Virus record (IMG/VR): IMGVR_UViG_2881155292_000002 | From: a virus | DNA length: 64,000 bases | Direction: 5' to 3' (one strand) | In this document: positions 35,686 through 45,176 of the stretch, piece by piece | Layout: the number at the start of each line of letters is the position of its first letter | Position numbering within the stretch: the first letter of the stretch is position 1 | Made by a program: the position numbers and the translations under genes | The notes under the pieces: generated by a model | What the model was told of the DNA's origin: nothing | Database searches by the model: none | The model's input: the letters and a program-made list of their open reading frames with translations, nothing else

Positions 35686-36384
35686 TTATTCGACGCCGCC
35701 GGCCGCAGCCTGCGAAGCTGCGAGACGGGCCAACTCGACCTCGGTGAGCGGAGGCAGGACCTCGAGAGCGAACTCACGAACCCAGTTGGACTCGACGATC
35801 TCGCGGCCGCGGTTGTCCTTGCGCACCTTGATGTTCAGGAACTTGCGGTCTTCGAGCTGCAGGAAGATGCAGTACGGGATGTGGTAGCCGTTGTCGGTCA
35901 CCTCGCCGTAGGGGATGTATTTCCGGACGGCGCCGAGGACCTCGTTGGCAAAGGTGAAGATCTCGCCCGGGAGATCCTTCTTCTTGGGATCCAGGTTGGT
36001 GATGCGGACACGGATCAAACGCATGTATTCGTCACGCATCTGCTGGCGGTGGGACTTGATCTTCGGACCGGTAGCCGCGGAGACAGCCGGTTCGGCCGGT
36101 GCCTCTTCCTGGCTCTCGGCTTCGCCGTCGAGCTTGGCCTGGATCTTGGCCTTCAGAGCGTCGAGGCCGATGTTGTTCGAGAATTGGATGCCCATCACCC
36201 GGGCACGCTGCTTGAGCATGTCGAGCTGGCTCACCTGGGGAGCAGCCGGCTCGTCGTCTTCGACTTCGGGAGCAGCCACGGGAGCAGGCGTTGCCGGAGC
36301 AACCGGGGCAGGAGCAGCGGCATTGGCAGTCGTGGTGCCCTTGATGCCGGCGAAAAGATTGTCGGAGGATTTGACTTCGGTCAT
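35686..36384 (-). CDS. conserved N4-like protein (gp55-like)
   Basis: 'LKQRARVMGIQFSNNIGLDALKAKI', 'NLDPKKKDLPGEIFT', 'LPPLT..EL..LA'. Confidence 0.8.
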   Translation of the reverse strand: MTEVKSSDNLFAGIKGTTTANAAAPAPVAPATPAPVAAPEVEDDEPAAPQVSQLDMLKQRARVMGIQFSNNIGLDALKAKIQAKLDGEAESQEEAPAEPAVSAATGPKIKSHRQQMRDEYMRLIRVRITNLDPKKKDLPGEIFTFANEVLGAVRKYIPYGEVTDNGYHIPYCIFLQLEDRKFLNIKVRKDNRGREIVESNWVREFALEVLPPLTEVELARLAASQAAAGGVE

Positions 36385-36427
36385 TGGATTTTCCTTGAAA
36401 ATACTTGATTGATTTACTTAGAAAATA

Positions 36428-36453
36428 GGGGAGGGAAGCAGACTTCCCTCCCC
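36428..36453 (-). terminator. intrinsic terminator after major capsid gene
   Basis: ggggagggaag-caga-cttccctcccc; on the minus strand it is followed by tattttc. Confidence 0.75.
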
Positions 36454-36481
36454 CGTTGGTTCACTCAGGCGGTGCCGCCGA

Positions 36482-37693
36482 TTAGATCGGAGCCACGCAC
36501 TTGATGAGGCCGATGCGCTCCGAACGCTTGACCAGGATACCGTAGTACCACTTGATCGAGCTGAAGCCGGTCTCGCCATACGGGTCGTTGCGGTCGGCAG
36601 TTTCCTTGCCGGGCATCTTGGTCAGGACCGAGAACTTCACGGTCTTGCCGTCCGTCTGGAAGCCGATCGTCGAGAACGAGTCGTCGCCGACGACGAGCAT
36701 CGGGTAGACGTCGTAGTGATCGGTGCCGCCGACATTCGACTCACGGTAGCCGAGGTTGGCCGTGACAGCGGCGCCGGCGCCTGCCCAGCGCAGCATCTCC
36801 GGAACCTGGACGATGCGGAAAGCATCGACGGTGCCGATTTCGCCGTTCAGGATCGTGCCGGCATCGCCGTAGTGCTGGACCGCGATGAAGGCCTTCTCGT
36901 TGAACTGGTCCTTCATGCCCTTGACGACGGGAACCAGTTCCGAGCCGATGAACATGACGCGAGCCGACGGCAGGGTCTTGGTGTCGACCAGGCGGGAGCC
37001 GGTGATCACCTTGGTCTGCTTCGGCGTGCGGTTGTCCGTCAGGATCTGGTCCAGACGCATCAGGTTGGCATAGCTCACGACCGAAGGCGTTGCACCCTCG
37101 CCCGTAACCGTGGCCGGGGAGACCGCGTCACCGGCATAGAGGATGACACCGGCAGCAGCCAGCAGATCCTTCTGGAGCACGGCTTCGGTCAGCTGCACGG
37201 CACCGTTCATGAGCTCGCGGCTCAGGTGGTCCATCACGCCGTCGTCCGAGTCGAAGTCGATCGACTCCGCGGTGAACTCGGTGAAGAAGCCGAACTTGGA
37301 GATCGAGCCTTCACGGCTCAGACGGGTGAAGCCGACGCGGTTGACGCGGCCGCCGTTCTCGGTGAGGACGGGCAGCTTCGACGTGATGGTGCCGATGTCC
37401 TTGGACGAGCCATAGAGGTTGCCGTTGGCGATCGTGGCGCCCGAGGCATCGATGCCCTGGTCGTTGATGTTGCGATCGTCGAGCAGCGGGACGTACTCAT
37501 AGACCTTGATGGTCTTGCCGTAGTGCTTCGGCATGTTGACGGTCGAAGCGAGCGGCATGAAATACTGCTCTTTGCGTGCTTCGATCAGGGCCTTCTTCAG
37601 CCAGAAGAAGGTCTGCATCTGGTTGGAACCAGCGCCGTCGATGCCGGAGGCGGTGCCGCCGGCGACCTGGGTGGGGGCGTTGTAATTCAGCAT
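36482..37693 (-). CDS. major capsid protein (N4 gp56-like)
   Basis: '[30 protein letters not shown]', '[16 protein letters not shown]'; 403 aa. Confidence 0.95.
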   Translation of the reverse strand: MLNYNAPTQVAGGTASGIDGAGSNQMQTFFWLKKALIEARKEQYFMPLASTVNMPKHYGKTIKVYEYVPLLDDRNINDQGIDASGATIANGNLYGSSKDIGTITSKLPVLTENGGRVNRVGFTRLSREGSISKFGFFTEFTAESIDFDSDDGVMDHLSRELMNGAVQLTEAVLQKDLLAAAGVILYAGDAVSPATVTGEGATPSVVSYANLMRLDQILTDNRTPKQTKVITGSRLVDTKTLPSARVMFIGSELVPVVKGMKDQFNEKAFIAVQHYGDAGTILNGEIGTVDAFRIVQVPEMLRWAGAGAAVTANLGYRESNVGGTDHYDVYPMLVVGDDSFSTIGFQTDGKTVKFSVLTKMPGKETADRNDPYGETGFSSIKWYYGILVKRSERIGLIKCVAPI

Positions 37694-37739
37694 TTCAGAA
37701 AATCCACTTTGAAAATCCCGGCCGCCCGAAAAACCTCAA

Positions 37740-39017
37740 TCAGAGGCGACCGTTGAACTGTTTCAGGAAATCGTCATCCGCCATTTCGAGCGGGTTGACG
37801 GCGGTGGCTGCCTTGCGCGGAGTCGTCTTGGTTGCGGACGCCGCGGCGGCCTTGTCACCGTTCTGCACCTGGGGCTTCGGGGCTGCGGTCCGGGTGGCGA
37901 TCACTTGGGGCTGCTGTGTAACCACAGGCTGGGTCTGGATCGGCGCCTTGAAGCCATTGTTGGCTTGCAAGTGGTCCCCGGCGAGCTTGTAAGCTTTGAG
38001 GAACGGTGTCGAATTCGGAATGTGACCAAGTAGCTTCTGGCGGTCGATCTCGGCGACGATCTGGTCATAGATGCCAGTGTCACGCTGAGATTGGATAACC
38101 CCGAGCAGCTGCGGCTCTTGCCAGAGAGCGGATTTGCTCTCCTGGTCCCACGTCTGGTTGATCGCCTGCAGCGTTGCCTGGCCGCCTTCGTGAGCTTGGA
38201 TCTCAGTCAAGGCTTCCTGAAACGCCACTTCCTGATCACTGACAGAGTGGTTTTTCGGAACGTAAGATACATTATCGGCGATATTCAAATCAAGGGGGTC
38301 AATACCCGCATCCTTGATTAATTTCTTAATCGCATCCGGATTTTTGTTATTAATGTCGATCAGGTACGACAGCTTGCCCTCATCGAGCAGGTCGGCCTTC
38401 TCGAGCATCCGGAGCGTCTTCAGGGCCGGTTGCAGGTCCTGGATCTTGCGGCCATAGCCGGCGCCCATCTGCATCAGGCGAATGGCTTCCTCGGGCGTCT
38501 TCAGCTCGATCGTGCGGCCGTTCGCCTTGAACGGGGTCATGATTTGCTTGAAGAACGCCTCGTAGTCGACGGGCTTGGCCGGCTCTTCCTTCTTCTCCGG
38601 ATCCTTGGCTTTGTCGGCGGCTTTGTCGGCGTCGGTCTTTACCGCGTCAGCTTTCGGATCTTTCCCTGCGGCCTTGGACGGATCGTCTCCGGCACCAGTA
38701 TCTGCAGCGGAACCAGAAGCAGAATCCCCAGGCTTGGGTGCAGATTCGTCGTCATCCTTCGCCTTGGTCTTGTCGTCGCCCGGCTGCTCTTCGGTCTCGC
38801 CATCTGCAGCATTGCCGTCGACCTCTTCATTTTCCTGGGTTTCCGCGGCAGCGGCCGCTTCGGTATCGACAGCCTCGGAAACGTCGGAACCAGGGGTTGC
38901 CCCCTGGTCCACGACTTCCTCGGCCTTGGGTTCAGCTGCCGGCGCAACGGGCATCGGAGCGTTCAGGAAGTCCTCGTCGGACATCCCGAGATAATCCTTG
39001 ACGGCCTCGGTGGTCAT
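37740..39017 (-). CDS. N4 gp57-like protein (annotated tape measure in N4; acidic, scaffold-like)
   Basis: 'MSDEDFLN', 'PFKANGRTIEL', 'LMQMGAGY', ends 'NPLEMADDDFLKQF'. Confidence 0.8.
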   Translation of the reverse strand: MTTEAVKDYLGMSDEDFLNAPMPVAPAAEPKAEEVVDQGATPGSDVSEAVDTEAAAAAETQENEEVDGNAADGETEEQPGDDKTKAKDDDESAPKPGDSASGSAADTGAGDDPSKAAGKDPKADAVKTDADKAADKAKDPEKKEEPAKPVDYEAFFKQIMTPFKANGRTIELKTPEEAIRLMQMGAGYGRKIQDLQPALKTLRMLEKADLLDEGKLSYLIDINNKNPDAIKKLIKDAGIDPLDLNIADNVSYVPKNHSVSDQEVAFQEALTEIQAHEGGQATLQAINQTWDQESKSALWQEPQLLGVIQSQRDTGIYDQIVAEIDRQKLLGHIPNSTPFLKAYKLAGDHLQANNGFKAPIQTQPVVTQQPQVIATRTAAPKPQVQNGDKAAAASATKTTPRKAATAVNPLEMADDDFLKQFNGRL

Positions 39018-39022
39018 CTGGA

Positions 39023-39358
39023 TCAGCCCTCGTGATCTTCAGCGCGCAGCTCGGCGAGGGCTTCGTTCATCTCGACGACGTCCTGCTCGGCCCGGTTGCC
39101 CATCAGGATGATGGCATTGACCCAGCGCTTGAAATGGCCAGCTGCCTGGGCAGCGGCGAGAGCGTCGGCACGATCGTCCTTGCTCAGGCTCGGATCGGTC
39201 GACAGGTGGCAGTAGCGGGCGCACTCTTCCTTGAGGAAACCCTCGGTGATCAGCGCCCGGAAGTCGGCGTTGTCAGTGAGGCGGACCATACGGTCCCGCT
39301 GTTCTTGGACGGCCTTGGCGACAGCAATCTGCTGCTCGAGGGCTTGGATATCCGACAT
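39023..39358 (-). CDS. N4 gp58-like protein
   Basis: Helical 111 aa; 'FRALITEGF'; sits between portal and gp57. Confidence 0.75.
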   Translation of the reverse strand: MSDIQALEQQIAVAKAVQEQRDRMVRLTDNADFRALITEGFLKEECARYCHLSTDPSLSKDDRADALAAAQAAGHFKRWVNAIILMGNRAEQDVVEMNEALAELRAEDHEG

Positions 39359-39417
39359 AATCGATTCCTATTTTGTGGGAGTTGGATTTAACGATTATCT
39401 TTTTATCGGAAAAAATA

Positions 39418-39445
39418 ATGCGGGGTCAAGGCCCCGCATTTTAAA
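39418..39445 (-). terminator. intrinsic terminator after portal (possibly bidirectional)
   Basis: atgcgggg-tcaagg-ccccgcat with A/T tracts on both sides. Confidence 0.65.
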
Positions 39446-39479
39446 AATATCAATTTCAGTCGGTTATCTGGCGATTATC

Positions 39480-41765
39480 TTAGATAATCGGTGCCCCTGC
39501 CAGGTTCGAACCAGAGCCAAGGGGATCACTCTTGCTCTTGCTGACGGCGTTCCAGCCGACAGCTGCTTCGATGTCGGGATCGGACTCACCGCCATTGGCC
39601 TGCTTCTTCGGCTTGACCAGCGCCTTGGTGATCTCCAGATCCTGGTTGCCCTCGGCCTGTCCACGCTGCTTTTCCATCTCCCGGGCGTGCGTGGTGCCGG
39701 TCTCCTGCTCGACGGTGTTGAGAGCGCCCTGCTCTGCCTTGACCATCTCGGACCGGGCCTTGGCCTGGTTGAGCTCGATGTCGGACTGCAGCTTCTCGAT
39801 CTCCTTCTGCTCCTTGGCGATCTGCAGCTGCATGAGCTGCTGCTGCATTGGATCAGGCTTCGGCTCGAACTTCTCGATCTGGTGCTGCAGCTCAGGCATG
39901 CGCTTCAGCCGGGCGATCTCGACCAGGATCATCTTGGTGACGTTGAAGTCCATATTGTTGCCCATGGTCTGGAGCATGAACGCCAGGTCCTGGGCCTTGT
40001 TGTTGTCGATCTCGGCGGTGGAGATGTCGACCTTGAGGTCGAAGTCGCCGGCCAGGTCCTCACGCTTAATGGTGAGGAAATCCTTCTCGTCGTCGAGCGG
40101 CGGACCGCCATTGTGGCCGATGCCAACCGGAGGACGGTTGGTCACCCGGATCACTTCCTTGTCCGACAGGAAGATGGCGTTCATCGCGATGATCTTGCGG
40201 CCGATCTGGGTCAGGCCGGAAGCCAGGCGCCGGAGGATCGCCATCTCGCGCTTGGCCGCGGCATCGAGAATTCCCCGGATGCCGGCGGCGACGTCGCCAT
40301 AGGCATTGCCGGAAAGACCGCCCGAGAACGCCTTGACGCCGGTCAGCGCTTCGGCTTCCTGGTTCTGCATCTGCAGCATGGCCAGGGCCGACTGCGGGAT
40401 CTCGGGATACTTGTGCTCGATGATGCCCTGGGTCGGATTGATGGTCGGGTTGAACTCGTAATCCTGGCCATTCTCGTAGCGCCGGCGGTTCAGCACATCG
40501 AGCATACCCTTGGCGAAACCCTGCTGGCCGTTGGCCGAGCGAGCCATGAGGTCGATCATGCCACGGGAGACGGCGCCCAGGATCTTCTGGTTGTCCTCCA
40601 GCAGCTCGGCATCCGACTCGCCCATCACCTGGCGCTTGATCGGCATGTAAGGCGCCACGACGAAGGGATGCTTCCCATCCGGGAAGGGATTCTCTTCCAT
40701 GCGGATCAGCGTGTTGCCGATCCAGGTGGCGACGATCTGCACCATCTCGCCGGTGCCGTGGACATCGTAGGGACCCCAATATTCGTAGGCCACGATGCGC
40801 TTGCGCATTGCGTCGGTGAAGTTGAAGTTGGTGTCGCTCGACAGCGGAGTGTGGTTGGGCTCTGAGGCCACCGAAGCAGCGGCCGATTCCCAGTTGACGA
40901 ACTCCAGATTCTTGTAGCGGCCCGGCTCTTTCTTCAGCTCGGCCTTCGAGGTTTCGAACGAGATGACGACGAAGCCGGCTTTCTCCAGATCATCGCCGCA
41001 GGACGGATCGTAGTAGAAGTTCTCCGGGTTGATGATGCCCAGCGTCGGCCGGTTCTCGATGACCTTCTGGACCTTGACCTTCTGAGTCCCGGTCTTGACG
41101 GCGACAGTGACCTGGCCAGTCTCCTCGTAATAGTCGAGGGCGGCCTTGAGCTCTTCAGGCGCCTGCTGGTTGAAGGTGTTCGGATCTTCCTGCTTGAACG
41201 CCAGGCCCTGCTGGAAGAGGTCGATATCCTGCTGGTTCTGGGGAGCCAGGTGATCGTAGACCGGGGCATCCTCCTCGACCTCGATCGTCTTGCGGCACCA
41301 GCCGACACGCACGATCGCCGTACCCTCGTCGACATTGGCCCGGACGTAGTTGTCGATGAAGCTGACCCGGTTGAGCTTGGTGCGGAACTGCCAGTTGAGC
41401 AGCAGCTCGTTCTGGCGGGCAGCCGGACCGTCTTCGAAGGTCACCGGGCTGACGTCGAACAGCTTCTCCGACGAGTTGAACGGCTCGGTCAGCGCCGAGT
41501 AGCGCCACTCTGCCTGCCGGCGGATCAGCTTCGGCTGGACCTGGGAACGGCCCTTGATCTTAGGCGGCTTGGACGAACCAGAGACCTCATTGAGCTCCCG
41601 CCACTTCTTGACCTTCAGGACGAACGTGTCGTGTGCCGGCCGGGATGCCTCGAGGTCGCCCTGCAGGATTCTGACGTTGGGCTCATTCGGCCAAGTGGTC
41701 AGCTTGGGAGCCTCGGACCCATTGAACTGCATGGTGTTGGGATCTTCGGCCTCGGCCATTTTCAT
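39480..41765 (-). CDS. portal protein (N4 gp59-like)
   Basis: 'GRSQVQPKLIRRQAEWRYSALTEPF', 'AYEYWG', 'RGMIDLMARSANGQQG', 'AAAKRE'. Confidence 0.95.
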   Translation of the reverse strand: MKMAEAEDPNTMQFNGSEAPKLTTWPNEPNVRILQGDLEASRPAHDTFVLKVKKWRELNEVSGSSKPPKIKGRSQVQPKLIRRQAEWRYSALTEPFNSSEKLFDVSPVTFEDGPAARQNELLLNWQFRTKLNRVSFIDNYVRANVDEGTAIVRVGWCRKTIEVEEDAPVYDHLAPQNQQDIDLFQQGLAFKQEDPNTFNQQAPEELKAALDYYEETGQVTVAVKTGTQKVKVQKVIENRPTLGIINPENFYYDPSCGDDLEKAGFVVISFETSKAELKKEPGRYKNLEFVNWESAAASVASEPNHTPLSSDTNFNFTDAMRKRIVAYEYWGPYDVHGTGEMVQIVATWIGNTLIRMEENPFPDGKHPFVVAPYMPIKRQVMGESDAELLEDNQKILGAVSRGMIDLMARSANGQQGFAKGMLDVLNRRRYENGQDYEFNPTINPTQGIIEHKYPEIPQSALAMLQMQNQEAEALTGVKAFSGGLSGNAYGDVAAGIRGILDAAAKREMAILRRLASGLTQIGRKIIAMNAIFLSDKEVIRVTNRPPVGIGHNGGPPLDDEKDFLTIKREDLAGDFDLKVDISTAEIDNNKAQDLAFMLQTMGNNMDFNVTKMILVEIARLKRMPELQHQIEKFEPKPDPMQQQLMQLQIAKEQKEIEKLQSDIELNQAKARSEMVKAEQGALNTVEQETGTTHAREMEKQRGQAEGNQDLEITKALVKPKKQANGGESDPDIEAAVGWNAVSKSKSDPLGSGSNLAGAPII

Positions 41766-41853
41766 CGGTCCATCAAAATGATTTAGTTAAAAATCGGTTG
41801 GGAGTTTGCCCTAATATCAATGGGGCATTTTCAATGAAAAGTCACGTCGATTT

Positions 41854-43098
41854 TCAGAACCACTCGGTAAACCGGGCTTTGAGGCCGTTGGTCGGGTGGT
41901 AGATGAAACACTCGACGCCCTGGCGGTTCACGTAGGCGTTGCGATCGTGCCACCCGTCCGGCGCCGAAGGAGAGCGCACATACTCGATGTTGAGGTAGTG
42001 GCCCTCGGTCATCGGCGTGCCGCTGATATGCGCGGTCATGCCGTTGTGGTCCTTCTCGCGCAGGAACTCGATCTCGCCACGGGTCTTGCGGATCTTGTGG
42101 TGGACGTGATGCAGGAGCCAGTAGAGGTTGAGGCACTCGGAGATGTGCTCGCGGGCTTCCTTGACCATGACGCCGTAGAGCTTCTCCTCCTTGGCTCCAT
42201 CGCCATGGGTGAGGCCGAACAGGTTGCGCTCGAAGCGGTAGTATTTCCGGTGCGCCTCCGAGATGTTGTATTCGGTGGCGTGGACCCTGGGGTTCCTGGT
42301 GAGACGGCCGGCGACAGCCTGGGTCAGAGCCCAGCCCATCAGCCAGTCATGGTTCGACATGCAATGCACCAGGTCGACGTCGGCCAGTTTGGCGCATTCC
42401 CCGATCGCGGTGTCCAGAGCGGCGCCGGCGTCCTTGAAGCCCTGGAAGATGGTGCCGTCGGAATCCTGGTAGGTGCCGCTCGTGGTGCTGGTCCGCGGAC
42501 CGTCGACGTGCAGGATGTCGTTGCCCATGACGAACAGGACACGGCAGATGCCGAACGGCTTGGCCAGCTTCAGCAGCGCCTTGGTGCCTTCGATGACACG
42601 ATGCATGGCGACTTCGCGGTTGTAGACATGACCGGTCTCACTCTTGACGCACAGCTTCAGGAAATGGACATCGGCCAGGTCGACGACGAGCAGGTGTTCG
42701 CCGGCGGGATCAACGCGCTTCGGCAGGGAACCAGGAAGACGAACAGGAGCCTCGGCGACAGCTTCCCGGACCATGTCGAAGACCGAGACGTCCTGGCCGG
42801 TGTTCGGGTTCTTGACGAACAGCGAGTAGCCGTTGCCGTTCTCGTCCTTGGTGATCTTCCAGAAGTGGGAGAGGTTCCGTGGATCCTCGATCCCTCCGGC
42901 CTGTGCCGCTTCCAGGATCTCGGGATGGTGAAAGTGCTCGAGGCCCTGGTTGAGGATGCGGCCGACCGCGTCTTTGCCGACCCCGACTATACGACCGATC
43001 TCGGTCAAATGGGGAGATCCATCATGCTTGAGGACGGTCTGACCCAGCTCCCGGATCCGGGCCTGGATTTCGGGAGGAGTGATGTTGTGCGGCGCCAT
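41854..43098 (-). CDS. calcineurin-like metallophosphoesterase with N-terminal HTH-like segment
   Basis: Motifs 'ADVHF', 'MGNDILH', 'SNHD', 'THGD', 'HHVHH'. Internal ATG at 43098; read in frame with an upstream membrane ORF in this sequence. Confidence 0.8.
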   Translation of the reverse strand: MAPHNITPPEIQARIRELGQTVLKHDGSPHLTEIGRIVGVGKDAVGRILNQGLEHFHHPEILEAAQAGGIEDPRNLSHFWKITKDENGNGYSLFVKNPNTGQDVSVFDMVREAVAEAPVRLPGSLPKRVDPAGEHLLVVDLADVHFLKLCVKSETGHVYNREVAMHRVIEGTKALLKLAKPFGICRVLFVMGNDILHVDGPRTSTTSGTYQDSDGTIFQGFKDAGAALDTAIGECAKLADVDLVHCMSNHDWLMGWALTQAVAGRLTRNPRVHATEYNISEAHRKYYRFERNLFGLTHGDGAKEEKLYGVMVKEAREHISECLNLYWLLHHVHHKIRKTRGEIEFLREKDHNGMTAHISGTPMTEGHYLNIEYVRSPSAPDGWHDRNAYVNRQGVECFIYHPTNGLKARFTEWF

Positions 43099-43099
43099 G

Positions 43100-43338
43100 T
43101 CAGTGGCCCTGATCGCTGCCCAGATGAGCCCGAGCAAACCCACCGTTACGATGCCGACGGCAGTCATCAGGCTCTGGCGCTGGATGGTCTCGGCACTGGT
43201 TCGGGTCTTGCGGACGAACCGCATATCGGCCTGGGCTTCGAGCGGGTCCTCGATATCGAGACCCAAAGTCAGAAACGTCTTCTTGACGGCTTCCTGAGCG
43301 GCACGCTCAGCGATCTCTTGAATCTCAGAGTCAGTCAT
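43100..43338 (-). CDS. small membrane protein (holin/antiholin candidate), in-frame fused to the phosphoesterase in this sequence
   Basis: 'MTDSEIQEIAERAAQEAVKKTFLTLGLD...LMTAVGIVTVGLLGLIWAAI', one C-terminal TM. One extra G in AGGG would give ...IRGH* followed by C-ATG. Confidence 0.55.
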
Positions 43339-43438
43339 ATTCCAATTTCCTAAAGTATTATTTCTATTATCTTTGGTGATTATTAACATAATGGCTGCGG
43401 AAATTGGAAAGCGCCATTATACGATTATTAATGAGTAT

Positions 43439-43780
43439 TTATTTCAATTGCAAGGTCGGCGGTGCGGCATTCTGATTCACCGCCAGGAGTTCCGCGTATT
43501 TCTCGTAATACTCGGCGCAGACGATAAGCTTGGCGTTGGTCTTCGACTGCTGCCGGCGCTCCCGGCGGAGCAGGATCCGGGTGTCGTCGACCGTGTTCAG
43601 CTTGGCGTGCTCGACCAATTCCTTGCACCATGTCGGCCAGGGAGCCAGGTGAACCCCAGCCTGGGTCTTGCCGATCGTGGCGCCTGCCTTCTCGAGGCGG
43701 GCCTTAGTCGTTCCGCATGCCGTCAATGTCAGCGTCATTGAGAGTGCAACCGCGACCAGCATCCTTGAGAGCTTGGGCAT
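43439..43780 (-). CDS. o-spanin (Rz1-like lipoprotein)
   Basis: Signal peptide with lipobox 'LTLTAC'; overlaps the i-spanin end. Confidence 0.8.
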   Translation of the reverse strand: MPKLSRMLVAVALSMTLTLTACGTTKARLEKAGATIGKTQAGVHLAPWPTWCKELVEHAKLNTVDDTRILLRRERRQQSKTNAKLIVCAEYYEKYAELLAVNQNAAPPTLQLK

Positions 43781-44102
43781 AGGCGATGTCTTTCTTTTCG
43801 TTGATGTCGTCGTCTTTGAGCTGCTTGGATTGCAGCTCGGCAATTCGAGCCAGGAGCCAGAAGTTGGCATCATCCCCGGCCTGGCGCTGGCGTTTGAGCT
43901 CGGCAATCGTGGCATTGGCCGCGGCGAGCTCGGTGACGTGCGTGTAGCTGTCCACTGCCTTGTCGACGGCGTGACGGATCGACGAAACCTTGTCGACTTT
44001 CCACCACAGGAACAAAGCCAGAACCAGGAACAGGGGAACCGGGATCGAGATCTTAAGGACCGGCCAGATCCAGCGGGTCCAGATGAGGAGAGCGAGTTCC
44101 AT
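43704..44102 (-). CDS. i-spanin (Rz-like)
   Basis: N-terminal TM 'ISIPVPLFLVLALFLWW', helical periplasmic part, C-terminal Cys; follows the endolysin. Confidence 0.75.
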   Translation of the reverse strand: MELALLIWTRWIWPVLKISIPVPLFLVLALFLWWKVDKVSSIRHAVDKAVDSYTHVTELAAANATIAELKRQRQAGDDANFWLLARIAELQSKQLKDDDINEKKDIAYAQALKDAGRGCTLNDADIDGMRND

Positions 44103-44761
44103 CAGAGACCGCTCACACAAAGCTCGGCTTCACCGATGCGCTGGGCGTCACCCATCTCACGGCGCTTGACCAGGCCAGGGACAACATGACGATCATCGCC
44201 AATGCCGGCCTTGTTCCAGGCGGTCTGGGCTTCACAGGCTTGACGCCATTTGCCGGCCGGGATGTAGATCACCATGGCGGTCGAGCCAAGCTGACCTCGG
44301 CGAGGGTTCACAGATCCGACGCCAAAGTTGTAGGCGCCGGAGATCATCGACGCCTGGACGCTGACCGGGGCGTGGATGAAGCCTTTGCCCTTGTCGACCA
44401 GGGGCAGGTAATAGTCGTGAATGACACGCTTGATCAGCATCGCCTTGCACTGCTCCTTGGTGAAGCTCATGCCGGCGGTGACGGGCTTGCCGTTGATCCG
44501 CGTCTCGCCATAGCAGATGTCCCAGATCTTGGCGTAGCGATCCCAGTGCGACTTCAGCACCAGGCCCTCCCACGGAACGATCAGCTTCTCGACGGCGAGC
44601 TCGACAGCAGGGGGAGTGATCCCCTTGTCGACCTGCTCATGAATGATCTTCGGGGTGACCTGGGAAGAAAGCGTCAGCAAGCCACTGGCGGACAGTGCGA
44701 GCATGACCGCGGCGATGGCGGCCTTTGCGCGGCCGCTTGCCCTTATCTTGTTGATTGGCAT
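44102..44761 (-). CDS. endolysin, GH24 phage lysozyme, possible SAR type
   Basis: 'WEGLVLKSHWDRYAKIWDICYGET' catalytic region, 'AYNFGVG', 'GLVKRR'; weakly hydrophobic Ala/Gly-rich N-terminal helix. Confidence 0.88.
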   Translation of the reverse strand: MPINKIRASGRAKAAIAAVMLALSASGLLTLSSQVTPKIIHEQVDKGITPPAVELAVEKLIVPWEGLVLKSHWDRYAKIWDICYGETRINGKPVTAGMSFTKEQCKAMLIKRVIHDYYLPLVDKGKGFIHAPVSVQASMISGAYNFGVGSVNPRRGQLGSTAMVIYIPAGKWRQACEAQTAWNKAGIGDDRHVVPGLVKRREMGDAQRIGEAELCVSGL

Positions 44762-44987
44762 TGGTAATCTCCAAATTCATTTGCGGTTGGGGAACGACCC
44801 GAGCCCAAACAGCGCCGACTAAAATGATGATGGTGGCCCACCTGAAAATGGCGGGCGGGATCCCGTAGGAATCCGGGTCGAAATAAGGGAGCAGCTGCTC
44901 CAGGACTTGAAACAGAAAACCCAGGTAGATCAGCCTGGCACTCCAGGCCCGAAACAGGATCGTGTGCCACCGGTCGACGAGCTTCAT
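44637..44987 (-). CDS. holin candidate
   Basis: 'MKLVDRWHTILFRAWSARLIYLG...IIILVGAVWARVVPQP', 2 TM, directly upstream of the endolysin; the long overlap with the endolysin makes the true end uncertain. Confidence 0.65.
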   Translation of the reverse strand: MKLVDRWHTILFRAWSARLIYLGFLFQVLEQLLPYFDPDSYGIPPAIFRWATIIILVGAVWARVVPQPQMNLEITNANQQDKGKRPRKGRHRRGHARTVRQWLADAFFPGHPEDHS

Positions 44988-45172
44988 GACTGGTTCCTCT
45001 TGAACCAGCGGGAGAGCTCGATCGCACAGTGGTTCGGCTCGATCAGGCGGGACATGAGCCGGCAGAAGCGACATTGCGTGCCATGTTGCTCAGCCATCCG
45101 GGCACAGAGCGTCTGATCTCCTCGTCCACCGAGGAGACGGTTCAGAAAGCTCGATGCCCGGTAGAAGCTCAT
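44984..45172 (-). CDS. small Cys-containing hypothetical protein
   Basis: 'LNRLLGGRGDQTLCAR...C..CRL...HC'; coupled between tailspike and holin. Confidence 0.6.
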   Translation of the reverse strand: MSFYRASSFLNRLLGGRGDQTLCARMAEQHGTQCRFCRLMSRLIEPNHCAIELSRWFKRNQS

Positions 45173-45176
45173 GGGA

